The notes: a model not told the origin generated them from the sequence alone. Positions 25,926-39,339 are shown, counted from the stretch's first letter. The stretch is 64,000 nucleotides of DNA from Rhynchobatus australiae (GCA_034780895.1 JAUZTB010000087.1:83354649-83418648), one strand, 5' to 3'. A program made the numbers and translations.

Positions 25926-26264
25926 ATCTTACCTCACACATTGAATAATTGTGAACAATTATAAAGTTCAAATCTTTCAAATATGAAAGATTTACAGAAC
26001 TATTAGTAATTACTACCAACATTTAAATATGTCATTGATTAACTGTTACATCTTGTAAACTTTCAAGTAATGANNNNNNNNNNNNNNNNNNNNNNNNNNN
26101 NNNNNNNNNNNNNNNNNNNNNNNNNNNNNNNNNNNNNNNNNAACAAATTACAAATAGATGATACAATGCAATTTTCTGTGCCTTAAATACTTTCAGTGGT
26201 ATTTTGGTGAAAATCATGATTATGGATGTGTTTGATTACCAAAGCCATCATTTTCAGCTAATCA

Positions 26265-27750
26265 GATAAACAAAGACCAATAAATTCCCAAAGTCTGCAT
26301 CCCATGGTACTTAAAGAAGTGGCCCTAGAAATAGTGGATTAACCGGTGGTCATTTTCCAACATTCTTTAGACTTTAGAACTGTTCCAACATATTGGGGAA
26401 AAGCTAATGTTACCCTAATGTTTAAAAAAAAATAGGAGGTTGAGAGAAAATGGGATCGTATACTGTTTAGCGTGACATCAGTGGTGGGGAAATTGCTAAA
26501 ATCCATGATAAAAGATGTTTTAGCAGAGCACTCAGAGAAGAGTGACTATCAGAAAAATCAGCATGGATTCATGAAAGGGAAAATGTGCTTGACAAATCTA
26601 CTGGAAGTAGTTGAGGATACAACAAGCAGAGAATAGGGGGAGAATCAGTAGATGTAGTTTATTTGGAATTTAACAAAGGTTTCAGTAAGTTTCGACATAG
26701 AAGGTTAACATGCAAAATTAAAGCATGTGGAATTTGAGGTAAGGTGCTGAAATGCATTGAGTTCTGGTTAACAGGAAATAAAGAGCAGCTCTAAACTGGT
26801 TGTCTTCTGGGTGCCAGGCAGTGGCTAGTGAGGTACCACAGAGATATTCATGATGAATATTAATGACTTGGATGAGGGAATTAAATCTAGTGTCTCCAAG
26901 TTTGAAGGTGACACTAAATGAGTGAGAGGGTGAACCTTAAGGAGTTTGAACAGAAGCAATAAGTTGATTTGGACAGCTTGAAGGAGTGGACAAATACATG
27001 GCAGATACAGTATAAAGTGGGTCAATGTGAGATTATCCACTTTGGCATAACAGAAGGTAAATTATTATCTGAATGGTGAGAGATTGGAAAGGGGAGTGCT
27101 GCAAGAAGACCTGAATCTCCATGTGTCCTTTATGTGGAAAGTAAGCATGCAGGTGGAGCAATGTATGCTGGCCTTGGTAGCAAGAGGATTGAAGTATAGG
27201 AGTAGGGATATCTTGTTACAGTTATACAGGGCCTTGGTAAGAAAGTACCCTGAGTATTGTGTTCGGTTTTGGACTCCTTATCTGAAGAAGAATGTTCTCG
27301 TTGTGGAGGGAGTTTAGCAAAAGTTCACCAAACCAATTCCTGAGATGGCAGTTCTGATATATGAAGAACGGTGCAGTCAGTTAGGCTTGCATTCACTAGA
27401 GTTTGGATGTTTGAGAGGGGAATCCTACAACATACTAACAGGACTAGATAGGTTAGATGTGGGAAGGACGTTGCTGATGCCTGGGAGTCCAGGACCAGGA
27501 GGCTCAGTCCAAGGATAATCAGTAAGCATGTAAGACATAATTTTCTTCTCAGAGTGGTAAACATGTGAAATTCTCCACCACAGAAAGCCGTTTTTAAAAA
27601 AAAATTAAATATTCAAGAAGGAGTTGGATTTATTTCTTAGGGGATCAAGGAATATAGAGAGAAAGCTAGAACGGGGCACTGAAATTGGATGATCATAATT
27701 GTATTGAATGGCAGAGCAAGCTCGAAGGATCAAATGGTCTACTGCTGTAT
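26265..27750 (+). mobile_element. 5'-truncated CR1 LINE (~1.5 kb RT plus 3' tail), degenerate
   Basis: Contains cagcatggattcatgaaagggaaaatgtgcttgacaaatct (QHGFMKGK-CLTNL), ccaagtttgaaggtgacactaaa (decayed KFADDTK), LQLYRALVR..EYCVRFWTPYLKK, and a CR1 tail; many stops and frameshifts. Confidence 0.9.
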
Positions 27751-29869
27751 TCTGTTTAAGGTCACAATTTAATTAAATACGAGTGACGTCAAACCTAACC
27801 AAGCCTGCCAACAATACTTTGTAAACCATTATTCACCAGTTTTGCAGTAAGAAGCTATTTTGAATTTTGTTTTTGGTTTGTATAAATGCAAAAGCAATTT
27901 AAAGCAAATCTGTGAATATTAACCACATTAATATTTGATACACAGTAATTGTTATAAATACATGATGGTAAAGAAAACAGAACTAGCAGAAGAGGAAGGA
28001 CTCTAGAGTTTGTGTTATTTTACAACTGCAAATAATTTGCCAAATCAGGAAGAAAGCTGAATGCATCTATCAAGAAGGAGACAATTGGAAATGACTAAGG
28101 AGGCTCTGTATAATTTTTTTCACTTTCAATTTCAATTTACAAATCTCAAAATCACTAACAACAGTACATTCTGGAAATAATGCATCCTTATTCAAATTCA
28201 TGAAGAGACTCTGAATAAAAGTCTTAAATATTTGTATTAATTTGAGCAGTTCTTTCTGTCAATGCTAAATGCCATGACAATGTTATCTAGTAAGAAGAAA
28301 AAGTGTAAATTGGATTAATCTTTAATTTTTTAAAACTTTTCTTGCCACCAGCAATGCATTTACTTAACCACCTGGAGTGACAAAATATCACCAATTTCCT
28401 AAATTGATTAATTTCCCAAATTAATCAAGAACGTAGAATTCATTGTCTCTGGAGAAATATTTTACAGAATTCTTTCCATAACTTTTCAGTATCAACGTGC
28501 TTCTTTTCTCCATTGTTACACAACAGCATCTGTTCTTTAAACTGGTGATTTACCTTGGGCATGGGGGAGGAATGATTCTGGTAGCATCAAATATGCATGT
28601 CCCATCCTCACCATTTAGCAAAAAAGGAAAAGTAGATCATTATAAACATAATTTTATACAATTTCTCAGTACAATGTTTTTGTACATTTCATTAAGAAGT
28701 AGTAAAGACCCTCTAATCATTTGATGCATACAGAGGACATCAATAACTTCAGATGTGTCAAGGAGGCCATTATGGCTGTGTCCTACCCTTTCCAAAACCT
28801 GTGCTTGAGGAAACAAATGTTGCAGGATACATACTGACCTTTTATCCCTTGCAGCTGAAATAAAATAATGAAATTTAATGTTACATTGGATATAATAATC
28901 CTCCTTCATATGACTCAGCATCAACTTTGTCCATTGTTTGTTGGACATNNNNNNNNNNNNNNNNNNNNNNNNNNNNNNNNNNNNNNNNNNNNNNNNNNNN
29001 NNNNNNNNNNNNNNNNNNNNNNNNNNNNNNNNNNNNNNNNNNNNNNNNGGACATGCTCAGAACTGAACATGCTGAACTGCCACTAACCTGCCAGGACCAC
29101 ACTAGAACAGGTAAGGTGTGAGAAATAGAAAATTAAACTTTTTTATATCTGTAAATATATGTACTATTGCACAGGATAAGACCAAGATCAAGCATATGAT
29201 GCCTATATATCCCTAATCAGACCCTCCTTATCTGGTGAGACATGTATAATCTAGCTTTGTTTTTCCCAAGAGATTGATGTGGGGACGTACACAAGAGCAA
29301 TCCTTATCCTTGGTAGCATATAGTGAAGTGGAAAAGTCATTATTCATTCTCTAGTAATAAGAAAATGCAATTTTCTTTTAATAACAAGTGGAAAATGTTA
29401 GCAGAAGTGCTTTTGATGTAGTTTTTTTATTGCAAGGACAATTGTAAGAATTGCAATTTACCTTTTATTGGATTTTGAACTAACTTTTAATGAGTTAGTG
29501 ATCTGTGTATTGTAGAAGAAGCATCATACTATAAAGTTGGGCAGTAATTCACAGTCTTGTGCAGTCTTCATGAGTGAATCAGGTTCATGTGTTATTTCAT
29601 ACAGCTCTTCTTACCATGGAGTCCTGGAACTGGCTATGCAGCTTAATGCTGCTCAGCCCTTCCATGTACGGTGAATTTGTCCTTTCCGATGTCAATCTGA
29701 GATCCAACAAAGATGGTGACTTCCTCATGCCATTGGCTCCCTTTCATATCTGATGGTCAATTTGCACTTTATCTCTAACCTCTCTAAATGAAAGACTTGC
29801 ATGCCACCTAGTTGTACATTGGTGAATTCCAATTGGTAAATGTTACTTTAAAGTGTAAGCCAATTAATA

Positions 29870-29985
29870 TTAGGAGGCAGGAAAGTTTGCAAATGAATTC
29901 CAGAGCCTAGGCTATTAGAAGCTTAAAACACAGTCACCACCAGTGCAATGTTTAAATCTGGGGATGACTAAGTGGCCAACATGAG
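29870..29985 (-). mobile_element. L2-type LINE 3' fragment
   Basis: gaattccagagcctagg...acagtcaccaccagtg...aaatctggggatg resembles a recalled elasmobranch L2 3' region. Confidence 0.4.
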
Positions 29986-30072
29986 ACTTTTACAGTCAAC
30001 TTGTAGTTTACAACAAGCAAACACCTAGCCTGAAATGACATTGGAGAGACAAGGAACCTACAGCTGAACCTT

Positions 30073-30160
30073 TGTGCCTATGATACTACTGCAAACAAGC
30101 TTTTCATGGCACCCGTACCTCACCATACTGTGCACATTGGCAATAAACTTGCCTTGACTT
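30073..30160 (+). mobile_element. Rex1/Babar-like LINE 3' tail
   Basis: tgtgcctatgatactactgcaaacaagcttttcatggcacc...caataaacttgccttgact; homologous to 32180-32288, 40210-40292 and 54488-54571. Confidence 0.55.
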
Positions 30161-32094
30161 AACATGGATTAAATCATTTGATTCTTGAAGTGAAAAGAAG
30201 TTGTATTCTGTACATTAAAATTTGAGGAAGGAATTTATTGAGTCCAGTAGGTTGCTTATTTTTATAGAACATTCTTAACTTTAATGATGTTGCTCTGGAA
30301 AGAAATGCAAGCTTTTACATTTTCTAATATACCAAATTTTCTTCATGTAGCTGTAAAAGATCAAACTTGAAATTACTAAATTGCATACGTCTACACTTTT
30401 ATAATTAACTGGTGTAACCTTCGACACTCATTTAGATCATATATCACTTTTTTTTAAAAAGATTGTTCATGGCCACTTGCGTATTATTCCTTTGAGTTGT
30501 CAATTTTACTGAAAACCTGAGTTAACATGGATTTTTCTTAACAAAAGGTGGGGGTGGGGAAGGCATTTGCAGATTCTGCCATGACAATACAGGTTTTAGC
30601 AGTGTCAGTGGTGATGGACAATGTGATAGATCAGAAAGAGAAAAAGGAAGTCTTTTGTGGCATTTGTTCTCCAATGTTGTGTGTTTGTTGCAAAAGCCAG
30701 TTCCCCAATTGGTGAGAGAGTACTCCTATAGAGCATTAGCCAATATTTTGTAAGAAGCCATACCTTTTTGTAAGTGTTTTTTCACTTGTATTAATTCATC
30801 ATTTTTCTCTTCACACTTGCAAATATTAATCTCATCGATAACATTTCATCCCCCTCCTCCTGCCCTCCATATTTGTGAAGGTAAAGATTGCTTACAGAGG
30901 TAAGGATTGCTGCTTCCTAGTTACATTTCATCCAGGTGGCAATAATTCACTTCAGCACCTCTTTTGCAGGCAAGCAAGCTTTACCAAGTATGCTCGCTTG
31001 CCAAAGATGGCACAGAATGCTGTGAGGGAGGGAGCCCAAGCTAACCTTTCCAGCAGGTCCTATTTTAGTAACGTCACTGTCACACTGATGCAGATCAGCT
31101 CAACTGAACAGTTCTGGGGGCAAATCTGAGAAACATGGTTCACTTGCTTACTAGATAAATTTACTGACCCATTTGGGGTGTTGTATAGGACAATATTTTC
31201 CATCTTTGTGACGACAAGCTGCATTTCAATCCATCATCAAAATATAGCTCATTTGGCATGCATTAGTCCTGGCTTACAACATGATTCATTCTGAACAGAT
31301 GATAGGAGGAATAGCCTTATTGCTATTGAATTCTTTCTAATAGCATTCCCATAGCATAGTTTTCCATAGTACATGATGGGCCTCAGCAACTTGTCATCTT
31401 CAGCTGACATTAGCACTTCAATTCATTTCTGGGACAGCACAGGCCATCCAGGGAGCACAAGTAATGGGCATGCTACACAAAGCAATGACAAGCTGCCTCA
31501 ACACAGAATGCTTTTGATGGATATGAGAAAGAATAGCCTTCAATGTGAGANNNNNNNNNNNNNNNNNNNNNNNNNNNNNNNNNNNNNNNNNNNNNNNNNN
31601 NNNNNNNNNNNNNNNNNNNNNNNNNNNNNNNNNNNNNNNNNNNNNNNNNNNNNNNNNNNNNNNNNNNNNNNNNNNNNNNNNNNNNNNNNNNNNNNNNNNN
31701 NNNNNNNNNNNNNNNNNNNNNNNNNNNNNNNNNNNNNNNNNNNNNNNNNNNNNNNNNNNNNNNNNNNNNNNNNNNNNNNNNNNNNNNNNNNNNNNNNNNN
31801 NNNNNNNNNNNNNNNNNNNNNNNNNNNNNNNNNNNNNNNNNNNNNNNNNNNNNNNNNNNNNNNNNNNNNNNNNNNNNNNNNNNNNNNNNNNNNNNNNNNN
31901 NNNNNNNNNNNNNNNNNNNNNNNNNNNNNNNNNNNNNNNNNNNNNNNNNNNNNNNNNNNNNNNNNNNGAGGTATGAAATAATATGGATTTAGATAGAATC
32001 TGCCAATCAGAAGCAAACTGTTGAGGCCTGCTAATCTACATTAGCATGTACACAACGTTAGCTGTTATATTGCTGTCCTTACAATTTAACAACA

Positions 32095-32288
32095 TCACGA
32101 TCACCTTTCATTAAAATGGACTTTGTTCTTGTTTAAAAAATATATATTTAATTTATGTTTTCCCTGTGAATTCTGCTTGTATGATGCTATGTGCCTTTGA
32201 TGCTGTTGCAAGTAAAGATTTTCGTTGCACCTGTGCATGCATGTATTTGTGCATTTAACAATAAACTCAACTTTGACTTTTGACTTTG
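32095..32288 (+). mobile_element. Rex1/Babar-like LINE 3' tail
   Basis: aaaatggactttg...gatgctatgtgcctttgatgctgttgcaagtaaagatttt...aataaactcaactttgactttttgactttga. Confidence 0.6.
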
Positions 32289-34190
32289 AATATATTTCCT
32301 CTAACTAACTCTTCCCCACCCTGCCCTCGTATCCTTCTATCCTGTTCTTCAGGAATGCATCAGTGCACCTCTTAAATTCATCAGTGATCTGTGCTTTAGC
32401 CACTTATGCCTCATGTTCTCTGTTGCTTTTAGTATGGTGAATTCTGTGTTGCTGTCCATGGTGCTCAAAGAAGAAAAGACAGCATAGCTGGTGTGTTGCA
32501 CTGTGTGCCCACTTTAGGTTGTTGAACTTATTTTGGCATTGGTCTGCAGTTACAAGAAAGAGGTAGATGGCATTCAGATCCACTATAACCTTCTTCCTTC
32601 AGCACTTGAGACTATCTTTGAAATTTCCTCCTATGGACATCTGAAGAAAGAAATTGTCTTTGGGTCACTGATGCTGGACACGTGCAAATGTCTACCATTG
32701 GTTGTCCCTACCTCTGCACATGCATTTCCATCAATGTCAATGCAGTTAAATATATTTCCAGCCACTACATACACCATTAGTGCTGATGATCAAAGCTGAC
32801 TTTCTTTGCCCTCTACAGCACCTTTGCCACACATCTTGCAGGAAACTTTATCTTCTGCCTCTTTACAACTATTAGATCTTCCACTTTATGAATTTCTTTG
32901 ACAGTGCGTTAAAATTCGGAATGGACCACTTATGCAAGTCTGAGAACTATATTATTTCAACAAAATGATCACTGTTTCCCGCCGTTTCTCCTGCCTCAAC
33001 ATTTAGCTGTTGTAAAGGCCTGCAGTACCATCAATGTTGCACAAAAATTCCACTTAATCTACATTAGTGAATACGAGCATATGGAAACAATGGAGAAAAT
33101 TGTCAACCAGAGGTATCTCCTTTGTGGGTATAATTAGGTTTGTGAATTTTTGTGTAGCTAGGCAAATAAATTAAATCTGATGCTGACTGAGATAGATTGC
33201 TGAGATGATTCTGACTTTAAATCATTGAGGTATTTCCGAAGTTGTAATGTGTCAATTACCCTTATGGCCCATAGCCAATAATATTGAAGCGAGATCAGGA
33301 ATTGCAATATTCTTAGACTAATGCAATTCAGCTCCTGGCTGCTAATTTTTCTGGCACAGAATAAATAGTCATAAGTGAATTGTTATCTGTTTGGATGTTA
33401 CTATCAGTTCAACACCCTTGACATTGCTGCCTAAAAATTCAACAATAACTGAAGAATGTTTAACAGAAATAATAGCTGCTTCTAAAATTGGAGCAGCACT
33501 ATGTTTTAAATGGTGTTATTGTAAAAGGATCTCTTTCAGTTGTTGAGATCTGAAAAAAGCTCACATTTTGCTCTGCTCTTTGTGTTATGAGTACCTCAAT
33601 CTTAGGTGATTAGATCTGTTTATATATGATGGAGGGGGATAATGATCCAATGACTCAGACTGACCCTCTCATCTGTAACCCTAGTTAAGTGATTTAATAG
33701 TAAAGTTAGATAAAAGGGAAAAAAACGCCAGCCTGAAATCTGCAGTAAAGATTTAAGCAATAGATTCATCAGCATACTTAAAGGGAAAGATAGATATAGC
33801 ATTTCTAGTGAGAATAAAGCCTTATTTGCAACATTAATATGCTGAATCATTTCTTCCAGACCCAGTACCTTTTGTATTAATTCTATAATGCATGGAATTG
33901 TTTTGCTTGCATGAAATTAATATTTATTACTTTTTTTGGAGCTTTATGGTTGTTTAAAATCAATTGCATCTGATATCTGTTGGCAAAGTTTCTGGNNNNN
34001 NNNNNNNNNNNNNNNNNNNNNNNNNNNNNNNNNNNNNNNNNNNNNNNNNNNNNNNNNNNNNNNNNNNNNNNNNNNNNNNNNNNNNNNNNNNNNNNGATAT
34101 CTGTTGGCAAAGTTTCTGGTGAACTGTTGCTTTCCTTTTCCCAGCATTCCCATATTTAGTTGCTGTTCATTTGTTGGTAGAAAGCTCATT

Positions 34191-34380
34191 TGGTATTAGT
34201 ATTGGTTTATTATTGTCACTTGTACTGAGGTATACCTTGCGTACCTTTCATACAGATCAATTCATTACACAGTGTAGATACATTGAGTTAGCACTGAGAT
34301 AGTACAAGTGAAAAACAATAATGGTACAGAGTAAAGGGTCACAGCTACAGGGAAGTGCACTGCAGGTGGACAAAAAGGTG
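34191..34380 (-). mobile_element. Rex1-like LINE 3' tail (second variant)
   Basis: tggtattagtattggtttattattgtcacttgtactgagg... (minus strand gtgacaataataaaccaatac tail). Confidence 0.5.
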
Positions 34381-34614
34381 ATGAGTTGTCCACATTAATT
34401 ATATATTTATTTGCCTTGGCTCACTTTTATTTCTTTGCACAGTAATAAGCAAATGGAATAAAATAATGAGAATGGCAGATTGATATCACAGCAAAACTGA
34501 TGGTCTGGATTTTGTGATCAGTGAAATGGTGACGGTCATCAGCTTGTAATCTAAGGCTCAGATTCGGAAAGGTTTAACTGTAGAGTTGATGAATGTGATT
34601 CGCTGGATTCTGGC

Positions 34615-34850
34615 ACGTTTCCAGCAGATTGGAAGACAGCAAATGTAACACCATGATGTTAGAGAGGATAGAGAGGAAAAATAGGGAACTACAGATCAGC
34701 CACCCTGTGATATCTTTTGATGTCAAAATCCTACGCTGCCCAAAATCCTACGCTGCATTGTTAAGGCAGTAGGAGCAGAGAACTTAGTAAATCATAATAT
34801 GATTAGGTAGAGTTATTACAGTTTTACAAATGGAAAATCATAGTTCTTTT
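34615..34850 (+). mobile_element. CR1 RT fragment
   Basis: ccagcagattggaagacagcaaatgtaacacca...gggaactacagatca (PADWKTANVTP...GNYR). Confidence 0.7.
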
Positions 34851-35797
34851 GAACCTGCAAGTGATAGGATTAAAAAAAGAGGAGAATCTGAAATTATTGC
34901 CCAGAGTGAGACTTTTGTTGGACTAGCTGTATTTCTACCTCTCGGTCNNNNNNNNNNNNNNNNNNNNNNNNNNNNNNNNNNNNNNNNNNNNNNNNNNNNN
35001 NNNNNNNNNNNNNNNNNNNNNNNNNNNNNNNNNNNNNNNNNNNNNNNNNNNNNNNNNNNNNNNNNNNNNNNNNNNNNNNNNNNNNNNNNNNNNNNNNNNN
35101 NNNNNNNNNNNNNNNNNNNNNNNNNNNNNNNNNNNNNNNNNNNNNNNNNNNNNNNNNNNNNNNNNNNNNNNNNNNNNNNNNNNNNNNNNNNNNNNNNNAA
35201 CCTTAATGCCTGCCTGGACTGCACTTTTTCTGTAACTGTAACAGTATATTCTGAATTCTGATTTTGCTATCCAGTAGGAAATGTGAATACAGTGATTATT
35301 CTTGGATCCTATCTTATTGTATATGTTTCGAATTCCACAAAACCTGCCCTTCATAAAGTTCAACCTATTATCTGTTACATAGCTGGTTATGTCCGTGGAG
35401 TTACCATTCACGTTGTGGGCTGTTGCACTGTTGAGCTATTTATCAGCAGTAAGTTGTCCACTGCATCACATAAATCTCCAAGGGAAGTCTGTGAAGATAC
35501 ACACAATCTGTGCTTCAACAGTGCTGCATTGGAAGGTATAAACCTCGCATATCTTGTATTTGATGTGTTTACTTTGTGTTTGTTGGATGCAACATAAAAT
35601 AAGTCTTACCTTTAGACCTCTGAGCTTCACCTATAGTTATTTTAACATTTTCAATGGACTTTTATAAAACATTCTTTCTGCCAGTAGAGACCTCAGCATA
35701 AATGCTAACACCATTCTAACATAGCACCCATCTCATACTGTGAGTTTAGCCTATGGCCATTGTTATCTGACCTTAAGCCACTGGCTACAATTTTTTT

Positions 35798-36005
35798 TAA
35801 CCCAGCTAGTTCACTAATGTCTGTCAGGGAAGAAATCTGCCATCCTTACTTGGTCCGGAATAAAGGTCACCCTACCCAAGGGCTAGTAATGTGTTGTTAA
35901 CTCTAAGCTCCCCTCTGAAGTAGATTAGTAAACTATTCTTGTTCAAAGGGCAATCAGGGATGGGAATTAAATCTACCCGGGCCAGTGACTTGCGCATCTC
36001 GTGAA
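35798..36005 (+). mobile_element. SINE family B, 3' half ending in the family A LINE tail
   Basis: gttcactaatgtctgtcagggaagaaatctgccatccttac...cctctgaa...aagggcaatcagggatggg; homologous to 36840-36985. Confidence 0.6.
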
Positions 36006-36689
36006 TACCCAACTACGACTGGGTAGTGAAGTGATGGGGGAATCATCTTATTGGAATAAATGTGCTGTTTTGGGAAATGCAGTGTGTTGAGAGCTGGGAA
36101 TGTAATGATTCACAATTGAGGTATCAGCACTTTGAACATGCAACTGGGCCAAAATGCTGCAGCCGATTTGCACAAGTACAGGACAACTGATATAAATGCT
36201 CTCTCAAGACCCAGGCTGTTGTTGGGAGGAGTTTAAAAGTGTTCATATAGTCATTGTCCTCGACAGTATTGCATTCAAGATCACATGAAATTTAATCACA
36301 TTAAATTGCCCCAGGCACTTGTATGCTGACAGGGTCACATTATAACCAAATCAGGCTGAGAGCTGTCTGTCACGATTTCATTGATGCATTAGGTCATGAG
36401 GCACGAGTACATTATATTCGCCAAACTTTGGTTTTTGACCTGGTAAAATGTTGTCATTTTATACTAATGGGGACCTGAACCATTTAAGTACAATGTTTTT
36501 GTTTTCATGAAGATTCCTTTCCCTTCATAGAATTGAGTGCCTTACATTTTATTAATTTGCTGATGGTCTCTTACAGATCCCTGGTGTCATTTTAGTCTCC
36601 TCTTTAGAAACACCAACAAAAGTAGTTCACTAAGAAGTTTCTATCAGTGCACAGGATTTAATTTATGTATCCTTGACTCAGAATATTTT

Positions 36690-36985
36690 AGCATAATGGT
36701 TATATTGCTGGACTATTAATCTAGGAGCCAGAACTACTGATCAGGGGACATGAATTTGAATCTCATCATGACAACTGGAAGATCTGAATTCAGTTAATTC
36801 TGGAATAAAAGCCTATTATCAGTAATATGACTATCATTTTATTGTAAAAATAGTACCTAGTTTACTGATGCCCTGCAAGGAAGCAATTCAGTCTGGCCAA
36901 GATGCAACTCCAAACTAACAGCAATGTAGTTAGCTCTTATTTGCCCTCTGAAATGACCTAACAATTGGCTTGGTTCAAAGGCAAC
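36690..36985 (+). mobile_element. SINE family B, near full-length and decayed (tRNA-like head)
   Basis: gcataatggttatattgctggact...gaatttgaatctc (A/B-box-like)...ctggaataaaagc...gccctctgaaatgacctaac...ttcaaaggcaa. Confidence 0.6.
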
Positions 36986-36994
36986 CCATATCCA

Positions 36995-37860
36995 GCAGGA
37001 AAATCTCTGACTGCCTTCCATCACTCAGGGATACTTGGATAGAGGGTGGACACTCTGATCAGCTTGGAGCTGGAAAAGGCCTTTGATAGAATATCTCACA
37101 CATACATGATGGGCTTTGGAGAGGGAGTCCAGAATTGGATACAACTGCTCTACATAGACATCAGTAGTGCAGTCCAAATGAATGGGTGGAAACTGAAAGC
37201 TTCCCCATTATATCTGGAGTCGGGCAAGGCTGCCCTACTCTGTCTGCTTTGTGTTTTGTATCAAGTCTTTTGCCGAAGGACATCAGGAAGGACAAAGATG
37301 ATGATCCAGACAGTGAAGGTACTTAGCTAATGGCTTCCGTGTATGTGGGTGACGTTGCCACATTCTGCTTGGACCCACTGTTAGTCATTGATGAGCATCT
37401 GTGACTAATTTGAACACTCTGTGGAGACCAGAGTCAAGCAAAGGAAGACAAGGTAAGATATCTTTATTAGTCATGTGTACATCGAAACACACAGTGAAAT
37501 GCATCTTTTGGAGCCCACAAGTGTCACCACACTACCAGTGCCAACATAGTACGCCCACAACTCCCTAACTTGTACGTCTTTGGAATGTGGGAAGAAACCG
37601 GAGCACCCAGAGAAAACCCATGCTGTCACGGGGAGAATGTACAAACTCCTTACAGACAGTGGCCGGAATTGAACCTGGGTCACTTGCACTGTAATAGCGT
37701 TACACTAATCGCTACACTACCGAGCTGCCCAAGAGTGAGAACGTGTTCTTTGTTAATCGGCCTAACTGATCCTCTGTTCCCTTCACCCAGTCAGGTTCGA
37801 TTACCTAGAAGTTCTGGGAACCTGGTTCAGAGGATAAATCTTCTGCAAAGACCCTGATGA
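36995..37860 (+). mobile_element. Tx1/L1-clade LINE RT fragment interrupted by a SINE
   Basis: LISLELEKAFDRISHTYM..GFGEGVQNWIQLLY, tctggagtcgggcaaggctgcccta (SGV-QGCP) and YVGDV (YMDD site). Resumes after the SINE with gattacctagaagttctgggaacctggttc (DYL-VLG-WF). Confidence 0.8.
37454..37730 (-). mobile_element. tRNA-derived V-SINE/HE1-like SINE, full-length
   Basis: Minus strand: gggcagctcggtagtgtagcg..., B-box ggttcaattcc, body gtgggttttctctgggtgctccggttt, tail gtacacatgactaataaagatatct. Confidence 0.85.
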
Positions 37861-39339
37861 ATCCATTGGCAATAATGCCTGGAGTTAGACAGTTCCTGAG
37901 TGGAAGGCTGTAGCATTACATTCAGCTCAGCAAATATCTGGCTGCAGGAAACTCTGGATCTCCACCTCACAAGCTGGGAAATCCTCCNNNNNNNNNNNNN
38001 NNNNNNNNNNNNNNNNNNNNNNNNNNNNNNNNNNNNNNNNNNNNNNNNNNNNNNNNNNNNNNNNNNNNNNNNNNNNNNNNNNNNNNNNNNNNNNNNNNNN
38101 NNNNNNNNNNNNNNNNNNNNNNNNNNNNNNNNNNNNNNNNNNNNNNNNNNNNNNNNNNNNNNNNNNNNNNNNNNNTTTTTTGAGTAGCCCCCGAGTGATT
38201 TTGAATGAATGTGAATGTCAAAGACTTTCACTACCATTCAAATGAAATGACAGCTTGAACAGTGAGTGAGTCTGGAGGCAGGGCCGCAAGCCTGTCCTGT
38301 CAGTGAAGCCAGCCACTTCTTTCGGAGAGGCTCTGCACTGCCTTGATCCTTGCCAATGAGGAGACCGTGCCAGGGACCACACTGGAGCAAACTGTACGGT
38401 CCAGGGCACAGACGACTGGTGGTGTGAGGGCAGCAGATGTTCCACCACCACCTCTGTCTCTTTTACTGTGTTCGTTTTTATCTATTGACCAATATCTATT
38501 TGTCTGTCTTGACTTGCTGTCTCGCCACCCATCACCCCACCAAATTTAAATTCATTTCAACAACAGCCTCTATTAGTTTATTTTTTTAAGTGTAGCTAAG
38601 CTTTCTGCTGCAGTAGTTTTTCCCTGTCAAGGTTACGTATTAAAACTGCATCAGATATCACCTAGCCTGACCTTTTACTCACAGTAAGTATATTTATTTA
38701 CATCAAACCCCAGAGATATTGTTGAAGCAATACTACTGCAGGAGACAGCTGTACTGGTTGTACAGGTCTGTGCTGACCTGGGGCTTTGTTACTCTGCTTC
38801 CAATGGGCTGCAGGGCCAAAGAGTCCGCTGAAACAGCTCACCAGGTTGAGGTGATGCCTTATTCTGAGGTTTGGATGCCTGCCCATCTCGCAGGAAGAAC
38901 CTTTCAAGGGGTGAAGGAAATGAGTCCGAGGTGAAAAGACCCCACAGTGAAAAGACCCCACAGAGATGCATTCCTGGACCTTTCAAAAAAAATAATAGCA
39001 TCTTTTTAAACCTTTTCTTTGTGACATCTGGCATAATAGTGTGGAGTGAGCACAGTTTCTCTGCCTATTTGGGCCTGCTTTGTGCAATCAGGCTCCAAGC
39101 CCCAGTTAGCATGTGTACACATATTTAATAAATGTTTTAGGCAAGTGGACTGCTTGTGCATTTAAAGACCTGCTGGGGTATTGCACTGTGGGCCTTGGGC
39201 ATCAAAAGAGCAGAAGGAACACCTCTCCACCAATTCTTAAAACTGCCAGATTCTTGGATTGCTGATGATAAATAATTAGCTGAGAATTAAATTATTCTCT
39301 GAACATTAACTGATGTGAAAATCAAAATATTTAAAATCT

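Noticed and set aside
38230-38460. GC-richer stretches with weak ORFs (also 430-720, 38700-38960, 42720-43250)
   Set aside because: Probably decayed TE fragments. I could not recognise a protein motif or splice structure with confidence.
25410-38957. Short tandem duplications (actatccctatacag x2 at 25410-25447; caaaatcctacgctgc x2 at ~34724-34756; gtgaaaagaccccaca x2 from 38931)
   Set aside because: Two-copy slippage duplications; not CRISPR-like or structured arrays.
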